Shown: positions 20,853-32,802, counted from the stretch's first letter. The stretch is 64,000 nucleotides of DNA from an uncultured Nitrososphaerales archaeon (GCA_963713605.1 CAVQMO010000010.1:1024001-1088000); one strand, 5' to 3'. Numbers and translations are program-made. Notes: a model not told the origin generated them from the sequence alone.

Positions 20853-20987
20853 TTAGTGTCCACAACCACAGCCGCTGTGATGATGTTCTTGATTTGCAGA
20901 ACATGATGGACACAAAGTTGTTGCTGCATTTTCTGCTACAAATGTTGTTCCACATGAACTACATGTTGCTTTTTGAAATTCTTGCAT
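20853..20987 (-). CDS. 44-aa zinc-ribbon microprotein with His/Cys-rich tail
   Basis: MQEFQKATCSSCGTTFVAENAATTLCPSCSANQEHHHSGCGCGH*; TTTTAATA ends 25 nt upstream of the ATG; T-rich tract after the stop. Confidence 0.75.
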   Translation of the reverse strand: MQEFQKATCSSCGTTFVAENAATTLCPSCSANQEHHHSGCGCGH

Positions 20988-21834
20988 TGTCGTAGGGCAT
21001 TTTCATTACAGTTATTAAAACCTTCGTAAATTATAGATTGCCTCATCCCCCCGGTGAAGTATTCGGAGATACATCAGGTTAGTTTGCAGGCCCCATGTGT
21101 CCTACGTGCATGATGAACCACATTACAGTCGGCTTAGATTGTTGAGGTAGTAGAAAGCTCTTCTTCGGCAGCTTTTCTGACATACAATCGTTGCATCTTC
21201 ACGAACCACGAGCGTATTTGTCCAATTTAACTCACATGATTTTCTAATCGTGTTTCGATAGAATCAATAACAGGCAGACTGCTACGTTTATTTGACTGCT
21301 ATCCAGCAGATAAATGGTCCAATAAGATTAACTCCTCTTATCGTACCATTCGAAATGACACACGATAAAATTACGATATCTCCTCAAATCGATAAAGACT
21401 AGGCTAACGACAATCGTAACAGATAGAGAGTTGTCACTAGTAATTGAAGAAAAAGAAGAGAAGGGTACAGATAATTTGGGTATGGCAATTTATTTCAATA
21501 GTGAATCAACAGTTCTATCCTGTGCCTATATCTTTGAGAATCTGTGAGCCCAATCCACCAGTCAGAATCCACAATTATGAATTAACTTACTGAATGAAAT
21601 ATATGTCCTCTCTTCTTCTCCCAGATGTCTGTAAATCTTTTTCTTGTCAAGTATCACAACATTTAGATCATGAAATGTTATAACTGCGCGCGCCGTCCGT
21701 AAAATTTCTTAGCCGAAATGATGAACAATTGAATTAACTACACTAGGAAGAGGGGTTAGCCAGAGTGTATGTGACCTGAGGGAGAATGAATCTATTACCA
21801 GAATCTAGAACAGGAAATATCTAACTTACGCAAA

Positions 21835-22350
21835 TTACTGAAATAGTTGTACCTGAAGGTCTCCGGCAACTTGCAATGTGAAATTATTAATTACTTCTAC
21901 ACCTCCCATTATTTCAGTGCCAAAGATATCAATCTTAAATGGCGCTTTAAGACCTGATTGAATACCTGATGGCGAGGTGAATCCGGAACCTACTCCCACT
22001 ACTTGGCCATTATGATCATATAATGTTGCTGACACTTGAACACTGTTGAAGGGGAATGTGTTGTTGTTAAAAACTTCTCCTGTTATTGTATAGATATTTC
22101 TATTTTCTGGAACGAAGGCGGAGACACCTAGTATGTCTAAATCTAGCATATCGGAACGGGATTGATTCTGCGCCAACGCTTCACTTTTCATAATTATTAG
22201 TGATATTAGAAATGATAGCACTATCAATTTCGTCAATACTATCACCTTACCCCCTGAGGGAAACATAACTGGGTAGGATATAACCATGAACAGTATAAGT
22301 ATCTTTAGATGCTTGTTCGATGTTTGTCCTCTTCTGTTCAGCTTGCTCAC
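21835..22350 (-). CDS. FxLYD domain-containing secreted protein
   Basis: ITGEVFNN..VQVSATLYDHNGQVVG..GLKAPFKI; true start probably downstream of the annotated one. Confidence 0.75.
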   Translation of the reverse strand: MSKLNRRGQTSNKHLKILILFMVISYPVMFPSGGKVIVLTKLIVLSFLISLIIMKSEALAQNQSRSDMLDLDILGVSAFVPENRNIYTITGEVFNNNTFPFNSVQVSATLYDHNGQVVGVGSGFTSPSGIQSGLKAPFKIDIFGTEIMGGVEVINNFTLQVAGDLQVQLFQ

Positions 22351-23378
22351 GTAATAGTCTTTGGTACTTCAATAAACCCCTAATACCATTAGAAAGCATC
22401 TAACTGGAGAATTATCATAGTCTGCATGCAATCTTTCAAAAGAGTCTAATCCAATTCTTCCGGGTCATAATTGTTGCAAGTATAACAGTAATCACCTGCT
22501 TTCCGTTTTTGTATGTGAAGCTGAAGACCATCATGGCCATATGAATATGTCATTGGACTATCATTAGCTCGGATCGAAGTATTTGACTTTTAAAACTGTG
22601 AATTTGAACTTGTACCAGGTATTCTGGCAATCAACCCTGCTGTTACAGTCATATATGACTTATGAAATAAATATGCCTATACATTTGGGTCATTTTTGTA
22701 TACGTTGAGCTGACATTAGCGATAGCTCATGGGAAGATTTGGAAGAAGAATTGAAAAAATGTTTAGCACAACAGTCCGACGAGAAAAAAGAGCCAGAAGA
22801 AGAAAGTCTAATGGCCTGGTATAAAAGCAAAAAGAGAGCGTCGGCCAACCCGAGAACGAGATAAATTCTGATGTCGTAAACGCTGATTTAGAAGGCAAGT
22901 AAGTCGCTATAATCTAATTTGTATTGCGTAGGAGTACCTGATGCTCTAGTGGTGAAAAGCAAGTGAAGAACCGGTATAGACCATTAGAGAAGCCACTACG
23001 AATGCAATGAGGGTAACTAATATTGAATTCCTAAAATGGAATATTAATGCCGTAGATATTTTTTTGTAGTCTAGGATCATTAAAATATTACACAATTCTT
23101 ACTGTTTACAATATATTATTGGTGTACTATAGGGAATGTCAAAAAGTATTTTAATTATACCTATGCGAGATAACAATCCCAGAAACTCATTCATCGATAG
23201 CTTGCATTTTCAAAGTCATCAAGATTTAAAGTGGAAGATCTTTAAACAAATGGGATGTAGCGTCAGTAGTCGAGTAAGAAGGATTCAGGAAGATCCTTGA
23301 AATTTTTTATGGAGCGAGATGCGTCATCTCGATCATTGGAAACAAAATATTTTATACTCGTTCGACTCTTTGTGTGCA

Positions 23379-24384
23379 TTACTGAGTTAGTATCTTTGAT
23401 ATTGCAGAAGCTAAAATAGGGCTAAGGTCTATTGCTTGAACAAACGAACCTGTTCCGGTAGCTTTCGGTATAGAATTTGTTGTAACTATCTTAGATACTC
23501 CGGCAGCTTTAATACGTTCAGAAGATTCTTTCGTTATTAATGCATGAGTGCACATCGCGATGATATCTCTACAACCATCTGACTTTAATGTTTCAGCTGC
23601 CTTAATTATTGTACTTCCAGTACTAATAATGTCGTCAATTAGGACAACATCTCGCTCTCTAATCCGATCCTTGTCATTTGACGTGGTGTAATCCATAAAT
23701 ACTTCTCCTGTTTTCCTATCCCTTATTTTCTTCATGCATATAATATTATTATTTAACTCAAGGGCAAATGACTTTGCTCTCTTAAGGCCTCCTTCATCTG
23801 GCGATACGGTAATAGAATCATCTTTACTCATTCTAAGTTTTGCTTTAGCATAATGGGCCAAGAGCGGTGCTGCGGAGATATTGATAGTATCAATCTTTCC
23901 CTTGAAATATGTTAACGCCCGCAGACTATGGATGTCAACTGTTACTAAGTGTCTAGTACCGAAATGTCTTATACAACTTTGCCATCAATTCTATTGTTAT
24001 CACTTCTCCATCGAGAAACGCTCTATCCTGGCGTGCATACGCCACATAGGGTACAACAACGATTATATCCTTTGCAAAATCATCAATACATTTCTTTAGT
24101 ATCATTAAAGTTTGGACTATGTGTCTATCAATCTGTGGTGGACAGTGAGACTGAATTATTATGCATGTCTTATCCTCTAGTTTCTCCTTAATTCGAATTT
24201 TGCTCTCACCGTCAGAAAATACCCTTATTTCAGGACATATCATGCTCAAACACATTGCTTTAGAGATATTGGTAGCTAGACCTGCAGAGGAGGGCCCTGC
24301 TACTACTACTGCTGATGACAGTAAAGATTTTGGGAGAGTGACATGCGATTCAGCACCTTTTCCTATTTCCATACTGCCCCCCAT
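23379..24384 (-). CDS. prs: Ribose-phosphate pyrophosphokinase (frameshift near 23960)
   Basis: FSDGESKIRI, VPYVAYARQDRAFLDGE, VSPDEGG and LIDDIISTGSTI across two ORFs. Confidence 0.92.
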
Positions 24385-25317
24385 TTGGGACGATATTTCT
24401 TTCCTAAGTCCTCCTTATGGAGCGGCTCCGAATATGTAATCAAACATAGTAAAAAGATGAAATTATCTATTTGAATGTTGCAAAGACGGAACTTTTTTCA
24501 TCTCTATTTGCTGTCATATCGACTTTTTTAACATTTGGCTGTACGGTTTGCCCTTTTTCGGATAGTGAAATTTGCCCATTAATTATTCAATTCCTCTTGA
24601 ACCTAACAGCTGCTCCTATGGTTCTTGCACTAACCCATTCCATTTTCACCTAGGGGATTTATCTGTGAACTCGCCCAATGCCTACAATGGCAGGTCTGAA
24701 GGAGCTAGTAGATAATTGCTTTTTGCTTAATTGTATTACTGTTTCGCCAGGCTTTAGACATTGATAATTGAAATTTTTCTATCACTTTTATAGGAGAACA
24801 TTAGGTTTTACTTGCGAATTATTCCATATATTCAACGAGAACCTCGAGTATAGAGCTATATTTGTGATAGATGCTTTAAGTTTAATAGGGGGTATCATCA
24901 GTTTTAGCAGATGCATAGTCAGAACGAACGACTAACTCAGCTCTAAGCCGTTTTACCAATTGCTCTGTAGAGATGAGTTTCTTGATAAAGCAGCCTATGC
25001 TCTCTAGTGGATGTACCTCTCTTGCTGCGTCCGAAGAAGGGTCTTGGGCTCACGAATTTTTGAACACTCCATCGGTAGTCAAACAAAAGAGGGTCTATCT
25101 GCCTTTGATGTAAAATAACCATAGGGAGAATTGCAAACCTTAAAGAAGTGGTAAGCGAAAAGCACACAAATTCGTCAGGAATTTGTAAAGCAGGAAGACT
25201 TGATTAGAGAAAAAGAAATAAAACAGTGGGTGAAGGCTATCCTTCTTCTACGCGTTTGTAGGTTTTAGTGCTGCTGCTGCCGCATTTGCAGCAGTGGTAG
25301 CGAGCTGCTGCCGAGAC

Positions 25318-25905
25318 CTATTTGTTACTCTGCTCAAATGCTCTGGCTGTATTTGAAGTAACTCTTGAAATCTCTTTGACGTTATCTGTAGCTTGTTGCC
25401 ACGATGTCTTGAGCAAGTCAAAGTTTGTAAAGATTGTGTTATTTACTACTCTCACAACAGTTACGCTATTGTTGGCAATATTGCTAATAGTTTGAGAATA
25501 GAATTCTTGGACATTTTGGGGGTTTATGCTGTAGTACTGTCGATAAGTATTTTGAATATTCTCAAAGTATGGAGCAACCGAAGCGTTGAATGCATGTATA
25601 ATGGCGTTCTGGGTATCAATATAATTGGTTGCAATTTCTCCTGTAGCAGCTAGAACCTGTTCCTGATAGTTGTAGATTGCTTGATTATAACGAGGGATTT
25701 GACTACGTGCTTCTTCTAATGACTTCTGTATATTATGCTTGGTTTCATCAAGCATTCTTTCGGTACTTTCTTGGAAGCGTTCGGCCTGTTGTTGTTGCTG
25801 ATGCTGAAATTGCGATGTTGTTGTTGTGTTTGTCCCTGTATTAATTGACGCAGATTTAGTTGAACCTGTAGATGAGTCTGTCTGATCTTTCTTTGTGGAA
25901 GACAT
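25318..25905 (-). CDS. Gln-rich amphipathic helical protein (phasin-like, tentative)
   Basis: LDETKHNIQKSLEEARSQIPRYNQAI..YQEQ; all-helical, low complexity; function inferred only. Confidence 0.6.
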   Translation of the reverse strand: MSSTKKDQTDSSTGSTKSASINTGTNTTTTSQFQHQQQQQAERFQESTERMLDETKHNIQKSLEEARSQIPRYNQAIYNYQEQVLAATGEIATNYIDTQNAIIHAFNASVAPYFENIQNTYRQYYSINPQNVQEFYSQTISNIANNSVTVVRVVNNTIFTNFDLLKTSWQQATDNVKEISRVTSNTARAFEQSNK

Positions 25906-26227
25906 AACTCTAATTCATCACCTTCCATATATAAACCATGGCATCATATACCATCCATAACCATCTGAAGACATTAGGGGGGGGTAAAATCTTTTCGTAC
26001 GCATAAAGCCCATACAACCTACGTTCCACAGCGGATAAACCAGTCGCCAATATACCTGAAGATATAGGAGTGTGATCTTACTTTTTTGCTGCTGGTGCCT
26101 TGAAATCACGCACAGAATGCCCTCGTGTAGCAGCTTAACTCGAACATAGTCATTTTATTACTGGACTTAATTGTGATATGGCTTGCAAACGTCTGAAGAG
26201 AAACTGGCGATGACTAGTAATTGGATC

Positions 26228-27473
26228 TCACTTCCACTCAAATCTAAAACTTTGACCTCTACTGATGTCCTTTTTTGCCCATCTTACTTGTGTTCGATCT
26301 GAGCTAAGTCCTCTGTTGATCATCCTCTTCTTGGTAACAATGATTGGCTGCATTTTGCACCTTTTCTTTGACTCTGCCTCTAGGTTTATTTCGTAAACCA
26401 CAGGATAGCTTATACCCTTGGGGTAATCAATTGTAACAACAAATTTGTTACAGTCGACTCCGAAATAGTTTTCGAAATACTTCTCTTTTTCTTTCACCTG
26501 ATACTCTAAAACGTAGAAACGACCTTTCTCTAGTTTTTCGATTGGTCTATTAAATACGGTAGTAAACTCTTTTTGGTATGGTTTATCCATTATTACGTTA
26601 GATATGGGAAGAATCACATTATCTTCATCAAAAACCTTGATTCCAAGATCAGACAAATTCATCTCCACATCAGTGGCTATCCCATGAACTACTTCGTATA
26701 TCGGATTTTCAGATGTGTTCTTAATTTCATAAAGTCTTCTATAATGCACTAATTGGCTCTTGGGACTCTTGATGGTTATGTGGACTTCCATATGTGGATA
26801 AATCGTTACTAAAGTGGGGTTTTTCGCATTTTTTTCTTGAATAGTCTTCTGCACTGACGACTTGATCGCAGGCGGCCCTCGGATTACCATACCCCTTATC
26901 AAATGCAGAATAAAGGGAGATTGTTTGACCATGCTTTATAGTATGTTTTTTTACTGGCCTAAGAATCTGCTTATAATAGTCCGATATTTCTCTTAAATCC
27001 TCTGAAATTCTTGAACTAAGTAGAATATGCCCGTCATCTCCAATGTCCATAATTCTTCGTGCCAATATGATGCCAGGGCCCCAGATGTTTTTGTTGTTGA
27101 GTACATCATCGACTACAAATGCGGCTCCACTATGTATCCCAATTCTAACTCGAATTATTTCAGCGGGTATCTTGGCCTTATTGTATTTGGAAAGCATTTT
27201 ATGAATTTCTATTGCAAGATTCAATGGCAATTCAGGGCCTTGTAAAAACCCTATCGCCATACCGTCACCAGTAGGCAAAACCAGCATAGTGTCCTTAGGA
27301 GTGAATCTGAAGCTCGTCAAATTCATTACGATGGAATTGAGGGTTTGAATCTTTTTGATCTGGAAGGATCAGAAAGGCCTACTATATCGACGAAAAAAAA
27401 GTGCGCATGAATTAAATTGAAGTCAGCTTTGGTGACATTCAAAGCCGAAATCAACGCATCTGACGGTATTCAT
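26228..27473 (-). CDS. Class III adenylate/guanylate cyclase domain protein with C-terminal beta-rich domain (frameshifts)
   Basis: HFFFVDIVGLS, PTGDGMAIGF, VRIGIHSG, NIWGPGIILARRIMDIGDDGHILLS, IKHG; continues into ORF 26228-26932. Confidence 0.85.
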
Positions 27474-27627
27474 TGTGAATACTGAAGCAGAATATGCCTT
27501 ATACCTTTTGGATGCTTTAATAGAAATATATCAAAAGAGATTCATCAGTCATTCTCCTATGGGGTTTTGGTACGAAATACTTTGGCAAACAAGAACATGA
27601 AGACGCATCAGTTTTCACTTGATTCAC

Positions 27628-28945
27628 CTATTCCAGAGTTTGGGGCGAAGAGGGCCTAACACCGCCCCCGTTCCAGTTCTAATATATAGGCACAGCCAGT
27701 TTCGGTATCGTGTATCTTATTTCTTGTGGGTTCTGAAAGTTCCTTCCACATATTTTCGTCTGATTCATCTAGAGTAAACAACCTGATATCTGGACATCCA
27801 TCTTCTAGCTGATTTGTCTACCGTAATACCGATTTGAGGGGAGGTTGTGAGGCTATGTGTATTTGAGAAATTTGTGTATTTGTTGCCAGTAGCCGTGCCT
27901 ACAAAATCAACATCAATAAATTTTACAGATTCTATTGGAGGTTTTGGTAACATTAATGACTTGGGTATTGAATCAGAGATTCCAAAACTAAATCCTACAT
28001 TGCTGCTTTCATTCGCAAATTGCATCTTGATATCCTGCACTTCCGCTATCTTCCCAGATGTCGAGGAGACTTGTTCTACGAGGAGGACATTCCAGGAAAT
28101 GCCTTGGCTATGATTGGAGTTAATAAAAAGTTACCTTCACTTTCATCTGTTTGAGAGGTAAGTGATACTTGAAGAGATGTTCTTGACTGGTGCCGGATAG
28201 GTTGGAATTTTAAGTGAATCATAGATCTCAGTTGCGGTAGTGTTCGCTGGACGAGACGCTTTGAATACTACCGGTTGGAGGTATGTGCTTTTTTGTCGTA
28301 TCTGCGCCTCTGTAGTCCCGATGAAGCCTGGAGGTAGAGCGTCTACATCTTTAATGCTCGAATTCCCTACTGTTGCACCATTTCCCACGAATGAATCAAA
28401 GGAAGTTGAATTTAGTGATGGTACGGTGACTATTGCAGTCCCTTCGAAAGGAACACTGATGTTTCTATTTTCAATTTGAACTACTGGATTCGGATTAGTA
28501 GGATGAACTGTCACACGGGTCTTCATTAGTATTGGGCGTACGATCCAAAGCCCACATTGTTCAATTGGAAGCTACCATCAGTGGGATCTGAATCAGCAAT
28601 ACTATTGTCGGCAACAAGCAGGGAATTCTTCAGTATGTATGGATTGGGAGTAAACATAAGCGTAGTGTTTCCAAGCTGCTCGGACGTTCCTACTTTAACT
28701 TTTTTTACCGTAACTGACCCAGTATCGGAAATGAGATTAATTTTCTGGTCTCCCTGTATTCCTTCGCCGAGTCTAGGAAAAGGAGGAAGAAAGGGCAGTA
28801 GTGGGTTTGCCGTAGTTTGATCATCGGAGGAACTGGGAGAAGCTGACGCATAACTATTCAAATCTAGAATATTTAAGCCACTGCAAAAGATTAGAATGAA
28901 TATTAGAGGCACTGTAGATAATCGCAGTACTGGATTTTTGATCAC
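27628..28945 (-). CDS. Secreted/surface protein (several frameshifts joining ORFs 28526-28945, 28143-28526 and 27765-28040)
   Basis: Signal peptide, Ser/Thr/Asn-rich beta domains, C-terminus CPDIRLFTLDES..CAYILE..GGVRP. Confidence 0.6.
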
Positions 28946-29223
28946 GGTTTGTATGGAATTTGTGATTATTTATCATTACGTAATCCTTTTTCAAAAAAGT
29001 GCAAAAATTACAGCAGATTAGTTGTTAATGAGTGAATAGAGGTTACACATTGATTTCTAATACGAACGTTTAGAAAATGAACAGATCACTTACTAATCTG
29101 ACATTTACTTAAATAGGTTGTAAATCAGTTTAAGCTGGATGCAATGAAAAAGAGCGAAATGACATATAGTATAATTAAACTTGATTGAACAATCTTTAAT
29201 ATGCGTGAAGTGAGCTGGTTATT

Positions 29224-29562
29224 ATGAAAAAAATGGAACTATTTATTCCCGATCGTAGGTTGGATGATGTTATTGAAGTACTTAAAGATGCAAATATAGG
29301 CGGCATGAGCCAGTACAGAATAGAAGGAATGGGCAAAATTAAACCAGAAGACGTCTATGTAGGAAGAGGCACCATGACGTACAAGCCAAAATTTATTCCT
29401 CGAATAAAGGTAGAAGTAGTTGTCAGCGACGACAAGGTCGAAAGGCTGATCACCGCTTTTAGAAACAGGTTGGGCGATAACATAGGAGGCAAGTTATTTG
29501 TAGTTGATGTCCAAAAAGCGGTGGATCTTAGCACGGGGAAGATGAATGAAGATGCAATATGA
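29224..29562 (+). CDS. P-II family nitrogen regulator
   Basis: MKKMELFI..IGGMS..IEGMGK..PRIKVEVVV..GKLFV.DV..AVDLSTG; 112 aa. Confidence 0.9.
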   Translation: MKKMELFIPDRRLDDVIEVLKDANIGGMSQYRIEGMGKIKPEDVYVGRGTMTYKPKFIPRIKVEVVVSDDKVERLITAFRNRLGDNIGGKLFVVDVQKAVDLSTGKMNEDAI

Positions 29563-30341
29563 TCAATCAGAAATAAAGGCAGAAGATCTCTAGCCCAAGT
29601 AACGGGGCAGAAAATTCTTTTTCAAGTAAAACGAACATTCTAAAAAGAAAATCTCGTCTGTTGTTGCCCTAAAGGTCGATCTTTCGCTTCACCCATCAAA
29701 ATAAAATATCCGATCATCATTTATTTCACTGAAAATGTTATTTCCCGTTTAGCAGCTATGAGCGAATCCATTTCTAAATTAAGGAATTTGAGTTTTTCGA
29801 AGGCTGAGTTAAGTAGTCAAATTCGTGAGTTCATTAGCAGTAAGATTAGTTCAGATATTCAAAGGTACTCTGAGTCGAGTTCGATAACGTCACGTGTTCG
29901 TTATCCCAGTCATAAATGCGAAAAGGAAACAGATAGACAAATTTCTTGTCGCACTATGGTGTTATAGGGCCTGCTAGTCACTTAGCTAATAATACTCTTA
30001 CGTTTGGATGAGCGTTGTTGACGCTTCATTTCGAAGACGAATAGAGTAAAAAGATCTACCGCCTACTTTAGCTGTAATATTGTGTTTGAACGAGCTCAGG
30101 TGCGAAGAATCAGTATCATTTGAAAGATTCGATTCCCCATGTTCTTTGAAATTATACAAGACACGTAAAGTTATTCGTCAGGATGACAAAAAAACAGAAA
30201 TGTCATAGTTTTTACTCAAAATAATTGTTAAAGTTCATCTCTGTTCCCACAAAAATCGAAAATGAAATTGGCTGGTCTGTCTTTAAACATGATCATGTTA
30301 TCCTACAACTTATATTCTGGAGATGAAAATGGTTAGTTCAG

Positions 30342-31077
30342 ATGCCCAAAGGTTCTAAAAGAGGGGGTAGGGTTCGTGACAAGTGGAAGGATAAGCAATG
30401 GATTATGGTTAATGCACCTGCTGCTTTAGGTGGGAGTGTTATTAATTATGTGCCCGTCAGCGATATCAATAATGCTCGTGGGCGAGTGATTGAAAATACT
30501 ATGTATGATATTTTGAAACAAGACCCCATACAGCACCAGACTAAGGTATTTGTTCAGATAGTAAGTATCGTTAATGGTACTGCATCAACAATTTTCAAAG
30601 GGCATGAATATGCCAAAGAGTTTCTCAGAAGCCTAATGAGGAGAGGAAGTTCAATGGTAAGTTACGTAGCTGATTACAAGACCGTGGACGGATACGTATT
30701 CAGAGTTTCTCTAGTCGCATTTAGTCAGAGGAGAATAAATACAGAAAAGAAACACCAGATCAGAGTCCTTTGTCGTCAATTCTTGGAAGAGCGGCTGCCA
30801 AAACTTACTGTTGATGAATTCATAAAGGAAGTTCCATTGGGAAATTTAAACAACGATTTACTGGAGGCTGCGAAGAAATTGACCCCACTTAGGCATATAG
30901 GTATCAAGAAAACAAAATTGATATCGACTCCCGCGAATGTCGGATCATCGCCCACAGAGGAAGCTACAGTAGGATCATCGCCCACAGAGGAAGCTACAGT
31001 AGGATCATCGCCCACAGAGGAAGCTGACAGTAGGATCATCGCCCACAGAGGAAGCTACAGTAGGATCATCATCATGA
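30342..31077 (+). CDS. rps3ae: 30S ribosomal protein S3Ae (eS1) with repeat tail
   Basis: RDKWKDKQW, GRVIE.T, FKGHEYAKEFLRSL.RRGSS and PLRHIGIKK; removing the extra G near 31026 gives a stop at 31075-31077. Confidence 0.95.
30939..31070 (+). repeat. 30-bp coding tandem repeat (VGSSPTEEAT) x4 plus a partial unit
   Basis: GTAGGATCATCGCCCACAGAGGAAGCTACA contiguous units; no spacers. Confidence 0.95.
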
Positions 31078-31168
31078 AGATAAATAAAATTTGCGTATCA
31101 TGATAATGGCGAGACCAGACTTTTTTGTGATTCTAATATAACGATGTAATCTGCAGACTGCTTTATAA

Positions 31169-31630
31169 ATGCAAAAGGGAAAATTAAAGGCATTTGAGAT
31201 AGTTATTGCAGAAATCAGCTTTTTAGTTCACGCAACAGAAGATAAAGATCGAGTGCTCAATCTAGTATCATCTGTTCTAATTGCCGAGAAGGATGAATTT
31301 GAGTCCGAGAACCTAACAGGTCATTGGGGGAATCAAATCGAAATGATAAAGGGTAGGCTAGAGGGAAAACCAGCTAAGGACGTCGCAAACAATGTTCTCA
31401 CCAACTTCGATTCTTATGATCGAAAGAAAATGCTTTACTCATTGGACGATTACGTTGATGACAAAGGGACATTGTATCTCCGTCTTGATAAGCAGAAGAT
31501 CTGTGAGGGCAAAATTGAGCTATCAGACATTGATTCCATTAAGATAAAATTCAAGCCGAAGCTATTTTTTAGTAGGATTAAGCAAGATTACATTCGAGAA
31601 TATAGGAGGCTTTTAGTTTCGAACGATTAG
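31169..31630 (+). CDS. Archaeal RNA-binding protein (DUF54 family)
   Basis: VHATED..GHWGNQI..LYLRLDKQ; located next to rnp3. Confidence 0.85.
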   Translation: MQKGKLKAFEIVIAEISFLVHATEDKDRVLNLVSSVLIAEKDEFESENLTGHWGNQIEMIKGRLEGKPAKDVANNVLTNFDSYDRKKMLYSLDDYVDDKGTLYLRLDKQKICEGKIELSDIDSIKIKFKPKLFFSRIKQDYIREYRRLLVSND

Positions 31631-32187
31631 ATCTCCATGTACTAATTCGCGATCTTCAGTCAGTTTTAAGGTTCAAGGATCTGCTCGGGCTGAAGACGAT
31701 AGGCACTGAATTTAGCACAGGTATTGATAGTGAGGAGGTAAATGTCATACGCCTATTGAGGAAAAAGCCTCTAGCCTCTACTAAATTTCCTTTCTTGGTT
31801 GCTTCTGATAACTACCACGACTTAGCATCGAAAGAAGTGGATATTGTAGAGATAAATGATATTGATCAACAGTTTTATGAAATGCTAAGGCGTACTACTT
31901 CAAAAAAACTAGGCGTTGAAATTACTATTAGCAAGCTGCGTGCTACTGACGGTCAAAGGCTTGCAAGAAATATAGCTCTCATCAAATCAATTCACAGCTT
32001 CACAGAGAAGTACGGTAATCAGCTTGTTCTGACCAGTGGTGCATCATCGGTATTCGAAATGGTATCAGGAAGATGTTTTGATGCATTACTCCAACTGTGT
32101 GATATTAAGCCTGAGACGTATTGGAATAGTTTGAATAATTGGTTAGAACATAAGATTAGCATGAGATGTTATACCTTTGACGCTTAA
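31620..32187 (+). CDS. rnp3: RNase P protein Rpp30 (5' frameshifted)
   Basis: GVEITIS..LVLTSGASSVFEM; lies between DUF54 and Pop5; start uncertain. Confidence 0.7.
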
Positions 32188-32515
32188 GAGAAGATACAAG
32201 CGTCGATACATAGTAGTATTATGTCGGTCCTCTTCCGAGGATCTTTTATCAGTAACAAGAGGTAGGGTGGTAAACATGTTCGGCCACGTTATGGCTCAAA
32301 AGGCTTTCCTAAAATTAATAGATAAGATTGGGCCCGACTTACATGTGATCCGATGTAGGTCAGAGCTTTTAGGAGAGGTTTTGTGTGCATTAACTTTAAT
32401 CGATACTGAACATTCAGCGGTAGTCTTAGATGTATCTGGGACATTACGGAGTCTGAGAGCTCGTGCTATGATTAAAAAAAATGTCCTGGATACTGTCTTA
32501 GGTGCCAAGTACTAA
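32177..32515 (+). CDS. rnp2: RNase P protein Pop5/Rpp14
   Basis: KRRYIVV..MFG..VIRC..VSGTLRSL. Confidence 0.85.
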   Translation: MTLKRRYKRRYIVVLCRSSSEDLLSVTRGRVVNMFGHVMAQKAFLKLIDKIGPDLHVIRCRSELLGEVLCALTLIDTEHSAVVLDVSGTLRSLRARAMIKKNVLDTVLGAKY

Positions 32516-32636
32516 GTCATAGATTGCACTTTTAAATTAGTAATCCAGTTCACTCTTTCAATCTCAATCACGTTCTACGCCAAATTGCAAGTAAACAAAA
32601 TGGGACAATAGGCCATTCCCAAAATGTGAAACTGTA

Positions 32637-32802
32637 TCCCGCGGGCAGGATTTGCCCCAAAATGCATTTCAGCATTCTTGATTGAGCCTGCGACTCTTCG
32701 GTTACTGCTAGTATGTTAGCCCGATAGGCTGCTTCACGCGGTCAGCACCAACATTTGCCGACATCTACAGCCGAAAGCTCTACCAGGCTGAGCTACCGCG
32801 GG
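32637..32802 (-). tRNA. tRNA-Tyr(GTA) with two introns (37/38: 32703-32764; 58/59: 32652-32681)
   Basis: Acceptor CCCGCGG/CCGCGGG-A, D-arm GCTC..GAGC, anticodon stem TTCGG/CCGAA with CTGTAG, T-stem GCAGG/CCTGC; bulge-helix-bulge folds at both intron junctions. Confidence 0.92.

Noticed and set aside
1..23300. An intact provirus or known defence system in the accessory region
   Set aside because: No intact integrase, terminase, capsid, portal, replication, restriction-modification or toxin-antitoxin genes were recognised; only fragments.
30939..31070. 30-bp repeats as a CRISPR array
   Set aside because: The units are contiguous with no spacers, are in frame within rps3ae, and no cas genes are present.
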